Shown: positions 1-11,890 of the stretch, piece after piece | Layout: each line of letters opens with the position of its first letter | Position numbering within the stretch: the stretch's first letter is position 1 | Assembly: GCA_051294375.1 (NCBI GenBank) | Contig: CM119265.1 | Span: forward strand, 12,571,564-12,635,563 | DNA: 64,000 bases | Source of the DNA: Paraspadella gotoi | Taxonomy: Eukaryota > Animalia > Chaetognatha | Direction: 5' to 3' | The notes under the pieces: generated by a model | Databases searched by the model: none | Seen by the model: the letters and a program-made list of their open reading frames with translations, nothing else | What the model was told of the DNA's origin: nothing | Made by a program: the position numbers and the translations under genes

Positions 1-366
1 CCAATCTCGCGCTTTTTTCTCCCAACCTTTCCATCCTTTCCTTCAATTCGATCAACCTTTATTATTCGTCCTTGATCCCTCCTCAATCCTTATTCGACCA
101 AAGCCTTTATATTTTATTCCTCCTTTCTCATCCAAATCATTTCTACTCGCAGAAAATCTTCTTGCCTCATCGCGCTGTGTTCTTTAAACGCGCCTGTCGT
201 CTCCTTTCCTTTTAAATCTCGTCAATTCTAATCTTATGCTCCTTGTATGGATTATCACCTCATTCTCCTTAGTCAAACCATTTGACTTTCCATCATATAC
301 TCTCCTACTTTCTGAACTCGTCTTCTTTTCATTTCCTATCAGCGATTTCAATTCTCATGTTATTCC

Positions 367-655
367 ATCTCATCTCATCTTATCCCACGCCATCTCATCC
401 AATATCTTTTCCTCCCATCTCATCTTATCCCATGCCATCTTATCCCATCACATCTCCTCCCATCTCATATTATCCCACGCCATCTCATCCAATATAGTCT
501 CCTCCCATCTCATCTTATCCCATGACATCTCCTTCCATCTCATATTATCCCATCCCATCTCATCCAAGCCCGTCTCATCTTATCCCGTGCCATCTCCTCC
601 CATCTCATCTTATCCCATGCCATCTCATCCGATCTCGTCTCATCTCATCTCATCT
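367..655. repeat. Minisatellite, ~25-30 bp units (CATCTCATCTTATCCCATGC-like)
   Basis: Repeated catctcatcttatccca / catctcctcc blocks; explains the spurious SHLILSH ORF 236..688. Confidence 0.9.
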
Positions 656-991
656 TTCGTCATCAATTTTCTTCCGCGAAAGCATTAAACTCCTTTTGTG
701 TCCATTTAATCTTCGGAAGCCGAGAAACGTCGCGGCGAAAGAAGAAGAGGCGTCTCGATTGGAAAGAGAAGAAAAAACCTCGCGAGATGATAACGCGGCA
801 ATATTTAAAATTAAATTGTATAATTATATTATATTGTATAAATATAATGATATATGTAAGGCCGACAAATAAAAAGCATTCCGTAAATTACAACAAACAC
901 GTACTCTAATATTGCCAATCATCACAATAAATTATAAATCATACATAATTACTTTTATGAAATTTATATGCGTATAAAAATTATGCAAATA

Positions 992-1533
992 CTATCTAGG
1001 AAAAAAGTATATAACATAATTCATTTATTCAATAAAAAGTATACAAAATATGGGTAAAACATTCTGAATATTTGGTATGCTCTTTTCGGCATCGAGTACT
1101 GCCTGCATTTATCTGAGCATGCTCTCATACAGCAAATTTAGGTATGACAGTGAAATGGTTTTCCATACTTTAACGCAATTATTTTCAGACCCGATGTTCA
1201 TGTTGCATGTCTTTCCCTCTTTTTAAAAGGTATAATAGCACTTTTTTGAACCAAAAAGGGTGCAAGGCCTTTAGCATTGTCAAATTTAAAAAAAATAAAA
1301 AAAATAACTAACTAAGGAAAACTAATTATAATTTTTTCGCCATTTTTCATTTGAAGTAACAATATTTTTTGGCCTATAACTTCTAAACGATTAAACCTAC
1401 AAAAAAATGTAAGGAAGTTACTGAAAAGAAATTCAATTTAGATCCAGAAAAATTCTGATTTTTTAAAAAATCAAACAAGTTTTCGAATAGATATCCTTTA
1501 TTAAAAATGTTATATACTTTTTTTCCTAGATAG
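992..1533. mobile_element. MITE with ~26 bp TIRs and TA flanks (Tc1/mariner-like, non-autonomous)
   Basis: TA|CTATCTAGGAAAAAAGTATATAACAT at 990-1017 is the reverse complement of ATGTTATATACTTTTTTTCCTAGATAG|TA at 1507-1535; AT-rich interior with no ORF. Confidence 0.75.
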
Positions 1534-2160
1534 TAATTGCGTAGGAATTAAACAAATAAGACTCGAAACTCATTCATCGAAGCTGCGACAAAACATTCGC
1601 ATTAAATCTGAAGAATATATGCAGGAAATAATTAGAAAGGCTTGATGCAATTTTTCATAATTAAATTTTACATGCAAGCCGCTTTTAGACAAGACGGCCT
1701 ATTCGTGCCGCTCCGATCTAGATGTCTAATCCAATGCCTACTTTTTATTCTTTCTTTTATTCTATTATTGCCTTTAGCGAGAGCGAGTAAAGTAGGGCTG
1801 TTGCGGGGACAGGGTTTTGGGGTATGGGTTATCGTTATGTTATGGCAACAGCCGGGTTTCCTGTGATGCCCATTGGGATGGGGCATCTCACTGTTGGCTT
1901 GGGGGGCTTCCGACTCTCAGTGACGCCTCTCGTTACTGGCGCGGTTATCATAGGACGGTCTCGCTTTGCCAACGGGGAAGTCATTAGAAATGGAGATTGA
2001 ACACAACGCTTGGGATGGTGTGTTCCCCCTCTGAGCCAATTGGATTGGCTAAACGATGATGGACGTGAGGCGGTGTAAATATACCACCACAATGTCTTCG
2101 ATATTTTTTAGCAAGGGCTGATTGTGACTAGTGAGCAGCGTATGTCTAGGAGGTAGAATC

Positions 2161-2164
<4 letters not shown>

Positions 2165-2250
<86 letters not shown>
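2165..2250. repeat. (CT)n microsatellite, representative of many (CT/GA)n tracts in the window
   Basis: Direct reading; similar tracts near 8360, 19431, 21806, 29820, 30800, 47270, 48241, 56112, 56770-57370, 57748, 58547. Confidence 0.95.
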
Positions 2251-2253
<3 letters not shown>

Positions 2254-3303
2254 TCTTCCGCATTTCTTTTTTTTGCGGGGAAGATAAGGGCGCGGGCAAC
2301 GGCGTTGACATCCCGCGAAGACGACGATGTTTATATTTGTTAATGAAAATGACGTGAATCAACTCATCGTTGTGACAATTTCAAGCTAACAAGTACTATT
2401 TACTATTCACTTCAGTGAGGTTTAAAAGCTTAATAGATGGACTTTTACAATCTACAGCCGACAGATGATAAATGATAAATGATAAATGATAAATGATAAA
2501 TGATAAATGATGACGATGACGATGACGATCACAATGAATAAAAAGTTAAGCCAGTTGCTCCCCTTTTTTTTTCGTGGAACAAATAATCGAAGGCGCGAGT
2601 TTCTTGTGACCAGAAAATCCGATTTTGATGACGAAAAGTGGAGGGAGGACAGAAGATGGAGGGAGAACTCGGGGGGGGGGGAATAGTAAATCAAATGGCA
2701 GATGATGGGGGAAGAAATCGGAGAAATTATAAATGAAAAAGATATGATGATGGGCATTGTCTAAAAGTAATAAGTTTATTGAAATAAACTTTTTAGTATG
2801 GATACTGTAAGTTGATTCCGCGTTCAAAACTATAAACAAACAAACACATTACAAAACGAACGCCTGTTGTAGACAACGCAGACAACGCAGGCAACGTCGA
2901 CCCACACAGGCACGTCGACCACGAATTCGACCTCTGGTGACACAAACATTGAGAGGTCGAAGTAGAGAGATAACCCCGACGACGACGACGACGACGATAA
3001 CGACGACGACGTAAACGGCATCCCTCACATAGAGGAGTAGTTGTGAAAGAGGAAAAAAAAACCGTTGATCGGAAATCCGCGGATGTGAGCGGATTATAGA
3101 AGCTCATGACACCCCCCCCCTCAGATTTATTAAAGAAGCTCATGACTCAAGACCACCGAATCTTCTGCCCTTTAATTCACTTCACATTTTCCATATTTTC
3201 GTTTCCATCCACAGCTGCGCATTTTCCTCCTCAAATTTCGAAGCGAAAAAGGATTGAGAGTGGTTTTTTTTTTTAAATTTAATTACAATTTATAATTCGT
3301 AAC

Positions 3304-5571
3304 ATGCGCCAATTGTTTTTTATCGTTTCCTGCTTCGCGACAATGTCCGCGAGAGACGTGTTGGCCGGACCGGTGTATCACCGACACGGAGTGGAGATTC
3401 GAACAAAAGGTCGTTCGGGAATAAGGAATCGAGGTTTGTCTCAAACTCTGGTATTACATATTAATGATACAGTAAAATAAAAATACTTTAGTTTAAAGAA
3501 CAGTATATTTTTATAATTAAATATGACGTGACCCTCAGATTTTCCGAATCCCGATTCCATTTTGACGGAGACGTCCAATTCCATCGCCTCTTCTAACGAG
3601 GGTCCGCCCGTCGTCACCCTCCATCGCGCCAATCCGCACGCGATTCAAACGCCGCTACCCGACGTCCGCGAACCTCCTCCCGGAAACGAAGTTCTCGGTA
3701 GCGACGAAAATATTCGAAACGTGGCCTTGACGCCGACTCGACCGGGGACGACGGACGAAAAGAGCGATGACGCTGGCGATGACGAGGTCGACGCCAACGG
3801 CGACGGTCCGGACGACTACTGGATATCGTCGACGTCTGTTTCGAAAGACGACGAGGATTCCGGTCGCAAAACGGACAGCACTACTCTGCAAACATCGCTT
3901 GGGAAGGAAGTATCAGGTTCGACAGAATTTATTGTTTGATTTTCTATTAAAAATCTATCGTAAATCCTTCAATCCTTATTCTTATTGTTTATCTCAGGCG
4001 GCCCAAGCGGTTCGTTTCTCGATGCCCGGAAAAAAACTTGGAAAAGCGAACAAAGGCTCGCGGAAAGGTTTATTTTTGAACGATTGTCAGTAAAAAAACG
4101 ACAAATTCTTTTACTATTAATTTTTAATTTTTTTTTAAAAAGGGTGCAACGGTTGGTCGTCATGGAGTGCATCAAGCTGGGGGTGTTCAAACTGGAGTGC
4201 GATTATCTCTATTCGCACATCTTGGACATGATGAAGAGAGGAAGGGCGGTTTACGCTTACGGTTATCAACGTAAGGCGAAAATTTAAGGAGAAATAATTT
4301 GTATTTGGTTTCGAGGCCATAAAGAATTTAGTTTAATTTAATAACCTGCGTTGAATTATAAAACCTTGAATGCTTAACCAGGCTACGGAACCGCTCGCGA
4401 GATATTCGCTCGCGACGCCGAGAAATGCCTGGACGCGACGCTGGCGCCGCACGCGCCGCAATTCAGCGCCGCCGTCCACGCGACGCCTCCGCTCGGCGGC
4501 GCCTTCGAGTTTTTCTCGTGTCTCTCGAAGAAAATCGCCTACGAAGCGGAGAAGTTGACGAAGATCGCGACTCTGTTGGCGGAGATCAAAGTCGAGTTCG
4601 AGAATATGTGCTTGGGGTAAGGTTTGGGGTGAGGAGTTAGGGGTCACTCGCTAGAATGAAAACAATTAAGTCGTAAGAATTTGAATTTATAAATTTACTT
4701 GAATATCTATCCATTAGGCCAGGATCGAATATCTTTGTGGCATCCGAATTCTACAGTAATATAACGAATATAATATAATGAATGGATAATTTTTATATTG
4801 GTTGTACCAATTTCATAAAATTCAGCTCCTTGTATTTTGATGCTAGTGCGGAGTACAATAAGTATTCCCCGATCTAATACTTAAGGGAGTGGTCTTTTCA
4901 TACAATTGAAACATTCTTTGAAATATTTTCCACTTCATTGATAGGGAAGCCAGGTACTCTGGGAGTGAATAAACAAGACTGTGAGAGAGTCTTGATTGAA
5001 AGCTTGCAGGGACCTGCTATGTCATTATCTTGTAAGAGTGATGGAGGCCTTAAACCACCAAAGCCTGTCCAAAGTCAGGGGCAAGATAGCTTATTTATTA
5101 AATGAATGGATAATTTTTATATTGGTTGTACCAATTTCATAACTATATAACTATTAAAATCAAATTGATCCAAATTGGATTCCAATTATTAAAGCTTCCA
5201 CTTTCAAAGTAGGCTTTCTTTTTTCCCTTCGACAGCCCACTCTCATTGTACTGCAGCCAACATTTTACGACTATCGTCGAGGATCCTATCGTTCGTCTTC
5301 ATCGTTATTACGGAATCCGGGTAACTCTTCTCACTTACGACAACAGCACAAAACACTTTTGACCTTGTTTTCCCCCCCTCAGGTGAGTCAGCTTCGCTTT
5401 TGGACTCAGTCCATCCTTAGCGACTGTCGACTCAAGCCGGGATTCCCTCACTGCTTCTTTCAACGGATGCTCCTCTATGAGAAGCAGACCATTGAGAAGA
5501 CGAAGCACGTTCTGGTCTTCAAGGCAAGGAGGAAGCAACAAAAGAACAACCTACTATTCACAATGCCCTAG
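3304..5571 (+). CDS. Uncharacterised, probably secreted protein (~404 aa, 7 exons)
   Basis: Exons 3304-3433, 3539-3916, 3998-4067, 4143-4270, 4382-4616, 5236-5320, 5383-5571 join with GT-AG introns and consistent phases into one ORF. N-terminus MRQLFFIVSCFATMSARDVLA-GP is signal-peptide-like, followed by an acidic/Pro-Thr linker and a Cys-containing C-terminal domain. An alternative exon-1 donor exists at 3409. Confidence 0.75.
4777..5142 (+). repeat. Dispersed repeat family A, copy 1 (intronic)
   Basis: Near-identical reverse complement at ~24944-25281; degenerate fragments near 61045-61078 and 63233-63273. Confidence 0.85.
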
Positions 5572-7192
5572 AGAGGGCGGTTGCTGACTGGTTATTTGCG
5601 GAAACCTGAACAAAGGATATTTTGGATTATGAAGTCTCGTTTTTCTTTGTCTAACCGAGCATTAAAAAAAAAAAAAATCTTTGTCATTGATCTTAAATGC
5701 TTTAAAATACCTTTTTAATAATACGCCTTGCATGTATAATACTTTGCAATATAAAAATCTCATGTACAAATTTATGTTGGCATGATGGGACAAGTGGCAC
5801 TATAACTGGCATAACAATTTTTGTGCTTTTCATTTCGCATTAGGAACTCATAGAAACTGAAAAATATATAACAGTTTGTGTTTAAACTGAGTTAAATCTT
5901 CTTGAAATTTTTAGTCTGTAAATTTTTTATGGGTTACTTTTGCATATTTCATTGACCGATTTATTTGACACTTTCGTTGTAAAACCAATTGACAACCGTT
6001 CCATTTCTTTTCGTTGGTTTTCTATCTTGAAATATAACTAAAAACAATTAATGTTATCATAAGATTTATTTTGCTAATAAAAAAGAATATGTTGTGGAGA
6101 CAAGTCTTTGACACTTATAAAATGTTAATTAAAATTTTTAAAAAGCACTAATCGTAAATAAAAAACAAAATTAGTGAATTTGTCAGTTTCTCAGCTTTTC
6201 CGGTAGGTGGGACAGAAAGCAAGGCTGCCATGCTCGTGGAAAACAGAAGACAAAAAAATGCATATAAAAATAAATATAGTGCAATTTGTTCGTGTGTAAA
6301 TTTCACGATGAAGATAGATTTAAAATTGTCAGATTTTCCCTTTGCTTAAATGATATTAAGTTCAAAATACCTTATTGCATTTAAAATATATCAAAAATAA
6401 ATCTTGATTAATCTCTATCTACCAAATGAAAAATTTATAAATTTTACCCTTCATAATCTTAGCCCTCAGTCTTTAGCCCCGAACGAAATATCTTCTCTCA
6501 TTTCCCTTTGCACGCGATCGACACATTTACCGCTTCAAAAGATTTGATACCCTCATCCTTTTGATCGTATCGGCCCAACCTCAAAAATCTTTTTTTTTAC
6601 CTATTTCGAATCTGTTAATTGTTTTTTCGTTTTTAATTTTATTTCCTTGCTTATTATTTTTTTCAACTCACAGTAGATTAACGAGTAAAATACTTTCGGT
6701 TAATCAATCGTTCATCCTCATATTTTTTTCAACTCTTAACTTACCAACAATAATCTCTCTTCCTTCCTCTTTCAGCATTCATTCATCTTTTATTTTCTTC
6801 CTCTTCCTCTTCCCCTTTACTCATCCTTCACTTCGTATATTTCGACCGGTCTTCTTCCTTCCACTTCATCCCGCCCCCTTTCGCCTCTCCCCCGAAAAAA
6901 AATATTGTTTCCTTCGTCGTTCTAATGGCGGCGGACACCACCGGGGATGAAAAGGGCCCGCGGCGCCGCCTTCCAGCGCCGCTAACCGGCGACGCCATCA
7001 GCGCCGCTTCCGTCCAGTTTCCGCCAACACATGAGGCAACAAATCAATTACGCGAGTCACGTGACCATAACAAAAACACAAACTATCCATATTTTTCGTC
7101 ACGGCCCCGATTTTCTATCTGAAGCCCCGCCTCATTCCCCCAAATCTCTCTCTCTTCTCTCTTTCCTCTCCCTCTCTTCTCTCTCCTCTCTC

Positions 7193-7232
<40 letters not shown>

Positions 7233-8357
7233 CTACACCATTAAACGGAATTTTGGCGTCGACCCTCGACCTCTGGGCAAAGCCAAAAAAAAAAGAAATA
7301 AAAAGAATCCGTCAAAAATACGACAAAATAGTAAATATGCGACGGAAAAAAATACCGGCTGATAAATAAAATATAAAAAAAATTGGTGATGAAAAAAAAG
7401 GCGTCAAAATTTGAGTGGTGAATACGTGGGAGCGAGTAAGTGAGGAATCGAAAAAAGGAGTTATAGAAAAAAATAAATTGGCGAAGACAAAAAGATAGGG
7501 GTTTAAATAGAGTTAATTGATTAATAGTTAAAGATCTAGTGAATAGTTGATTAAAACATATCATCGACGCAATTAAGGACGTTATTACATTTAAGGACTA
7601 TGCCACTGGCACTGCAGATTGACATGCAGGATTCAGTTTCACCGATCATCCTGGTTTTCTGTATGTAATACTATGCATGCATACAGACGCTGAGATTTGA
7701 GATAATCGTTTCCATTCAGAAATTGTTTGACCTTTTGTCCTTTTGACCCCTGCCGCCAGACTGTCATTCAATAAAAAGAAGATTGGAAAATCGCATTGGT
7801 TCCGTGGGTTGTTAGCTCTAAAGTTGAACGACCGTAACCGAGTCGCGAGTCAGTTGCAACCAGAGAGTCGGCAGATGGAATACGCGTCGGCGCCCCGAGC
7901 ATTTGTGTCGGCAAGAGTGAGAGTGTAGCGACTACGATGACGACGACAACGATGACGATAACAACGATGACGACGACAACGATATCTTGTCCCGAGAGAT
8001 AAAGCACCCGGGATTCTGAGATTTTTCCCTCTTTCTCTTCATCATCCAAATTTGTTTTCCTTTTCTCATCCGACTCCGAATCTCCATTCGCTTTTCATCA
8101 CGTGACTAACTCGTCCTCGCCAATCTCCCTCAATCACTCTCTATTTTTTTTGCCAAATTTCCAGGCTGATTACTCTGTATTTCCCCGTCAACGTCTTTCT
8201 TTCTGACTACATGCGCCACTAACGCTCCACAGTCCACAATCCATTCTTCTCCGAAACTCCACAACCCTCAATGATCCATCCTTTGCTCAACACCTCCTCC
8301 CATTTTCTATCTTCCACGCGTCTTTTCCAGGTGTTTTAGCTCCCAACGACGACACTC

Positions 8358-8418
<61 letters not shown>

Positions 8419-8519
8419 CTATGCCCCAACCATTCTCGCTTTGTCAAACCTGGATTCTGGTAGCTTGTCTCAGCAATTCTTGTTCAATCTCTCATGACGG
8501 GCCGCTCTCTCTTCTCTCT

Positions 8520-8582
<63 letters not shown>

Positions 8583-9749
8583 TTCATTTCTACCATGACA
8601 AACCCCACCGTTTCATCATCGACTATTTCCCCGCTTCATTGGTCAGCATATTTCGCTATGATGTAACATCCTCATTCATCAAATAAACTTTTAACGTCGA
8701 GTTACGACATTCGGCGTCACGAAAGGAAAGCCGGGGACGCCAGCGAAAATTAGCGGCGTATCCATGATCTTGGGCCGTTCGTCCCGGCGACCGTGGGGCG
8801 ACTATCATGAGTTCGTCTTTGTGTTTATCTTTACTTCCGTTCATTGGACAGTGTGTCCGGCGTTCCCTTCGATCGGACATCGTTTTGGAGCCGTGAGCGC
8901 CTCGTTTATTCGATCGTGCGTCATTGACACGTCATCCGCGGTTGAGTTGCATCGCGCTTGCGCTTTTTGTCATCGGCGACGACGGTGACGGCGATCGAGT
9001 CGGCAACGACGACGACGACGACAACGACGTGGAAGATGACATGGAACTCTCGTCCCGGATTATTACGTAATCGAGACGAAAGTTGGGAAAACGCGAGTCT
9101 AACGAATCGATTTTCGTCGTCATCTTCGTCGAGGCGAAAACAATTACGACTAAAAATAGATCTAAATCTGAAAATCAAAATCAAAATCAAATAATCCGAA
9201 AAGGAGAGTGTCTGTACACGAAAATTCGGATTAAATGTACGTCCTAAAAAATGAAAATAAGAAACAAAAAATACTTCGGAATACATGAAACTGAATTAAA
9301 AAGAAAGAAGAAATTTGCGAAGGTATGTACTTTAGATTCCCGAAAGTATTCTCTCTATTTTTGTGAATAGTGATCGTCAGCTGCAGAAATTTTTATTACA
9401 TAAAAGAATGTCATCAAACTAAGTAGAATTTAAATTAAAAAAAAAAAAAATAAGAACAGATATGAGGAAAAATAAGATTTTTCTGCAATGCCCGCATGAC
9501 GATGCGAAATATTAAGTCCCAATTAGATGGTGCGACCCCGTCCCCGTCCAAACGGTGAAATTTTCGGTCTCAGTTTTTACCCGACTGTCACCGTGGCGGG
9601 TCAACTACGATGAAAATCCATTTACGTGGCGGTTATCGTCGTTTTGAAAAGACAACAAACACAGCGCTCTCATCCGAATAGAAAATTCGTCGCCGTCGTC
9701 ATCGTCGCCGTCGCCACGTTCGTCTGTTCTCTCGTCTCCGATGTCGTGT

Positions 9750-9780
<31 letters not shown>

Positions 9781-11450
9781 TGTCGATTAAATTACATTTT
9801 TCTTCCAAATGTATTCCCAAAATTCTGCGAGCGTGGGATCGCTGCATTTTTACCGAATGCAGTGGATTATCAAATATACTAATGGTATTTGATTATCCTT
9901 TATAATTATGAGTGATTTATAGTGAGAAATAATAAAAAGAATAAGAAATCGTAAAAAGTAACAATTATCCAATATAATTTTCATCGAAATCATTGAAAGA
10001 CAAAAAAAAACCTCTTGTGTAAGTACAGCATTGCTTTGATATCTCTGTATCCCGATTCTCGAAAAACATTCTCCAAAAAAATCTGAAACCGTAATAACGA
10101 ACGCTTCAATAACGAGTTTCTTTCCAAGAAACGGATATAGAGAAGCCCGAAATACGAGTGCTTCTCGCTCGAGTGTTGGAAGAGGACACATTTTTCAACT
10201 GATTATTATGTCGTCGTTATTGTCATTGTCGTCGTCGTCGCGACAGAAAGGAACGAGAACCTGTTTTCATCCAAAATTAGTCACGAAAAAAACTTTTTTT
10301 CTTCTCAGAATCAATTTTTTTTTACGTTTCGTTCGGAGACGAAATATTCGAAATTTTTATTTTGTTTCACGGTCCTCGAAAGAACGATTATTTGATGCTT
10401 TTAGACTTTTGCCAAGAGTTTTTGAACCTCTGAATGTGTCATTCAATTTGAAACGAACCAGCGGATAATTCACTAATAAAGCCTAAGGTTTTCGATCCCG
10501 GATGTAATAATTTAAAAAAACAAAAAAAACACACTGTTGCCTTGAACCTCAAGCGCAAAGGCAATTATTAAAAATGATTAAATTTTATGTAGACAGAGAA
10601 AAAGTGAAATAATGATATTGCTAGTATATCAAAACCTACTTAGCGGTGTACACTTCCTTTCTATTTCATAAAAAAGAAATATTTGATCAATCATGTTTAT
10701 CAAACGATCCTGGATCAAATTCCCTTTTGAAATCGATTATTCTGAGTTCAATTTTCACTTCGCTTATTATTGACATTCAGACATTCGCTCTGTGACCGTG
10801 ACATCTGTTACGGAGGTGACGACGACCCCGTCGTCCGTGAACGAGCGCGACGTGAACGAGACGCGGAAAAAGTAAACAAAGGTGGAACCGACGGTGACCA
10901 AAAAACAAACAAGAAAAAAAAAGGATCTTAAATGGGTAAAAAATGGCCCTGAGACAAAAGAGCCTTCTTCTGTTCGTTTTATAAAAGCGATAAAGTGGCC
11001 GGAGACGGTAAAACGATAGAGTCGGCCGCAGGCTCGTTTCACTGTGAACCTAAAAACCGTCGTTACTCACGCGTAATTTTTTTCACCTTCTAATTTTTTT
11101 CTCTTCCCCAGTTTAAGCCTCTACCAACACTAATACTATTTTGTTCCGATCGACGGAGAATGAGATCAGAAAAATCAGGCCTCGTTCGGTTCCAGGATTA
11201 GACGGAATGAATGGATGAGTGAATCCCCTCGGAATTCCGATGGAAAAAAAAAGAACCACAATGCTAACGAAATACAAAAAAATATATAGATAAAAAAAAA
11301 AAAAAGAAGAAAAAGTTGTGTCGCACGATCGAATCTCCTTTGCATCGCCCGTTCGCCGACTGTAAAAACATCAAGGACCAAAACGTCAAGCGATTCTTCT
11401 TTTTTTTTTCAGGATCGCCTGTTCACTAACGAATCTAATTAATTTAATTC

Positions 11451-11491
<41 letters not shown>

Positions 11492-11890
11492 GTGCCAGCC
11501 TTTAGTTTTAAGTCTCTTCCTTCTACCCGTACATACAATTCACTATGAAAAGGTTCGCTCTCTTCATTGGTCCATTTAGGAAGTCACTGGCCACTTATTT
11601 TTTTTCTATCTATCTAGTCTAATCTATCTAATCTAAATAAACTTACTAATCTATCTACATTCTGTTTATATGCCATCTATCTCTTCTTTTCTAGGAGATG
11701 CCTAAGATATTGACTTGTCTTCTCTTTTTATCTTCTCTCTAGATCGATACGATTTTTCCATCGCGAGGAAGAAAAAAAAAACAAAACAAACAAAGAAGAA
11801 AAAAAAACTTTGAATTCGGCGAACAAAAGACCGAAGATAAAGATGCCACCGAGTATGTTTAAGCAGAGATAAAGAAAGACGACGACGACG

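Noticed and set aside
236-872. Overlapping ORFs of 71-150 aa
   Set aside because: Translations of a minisatellite
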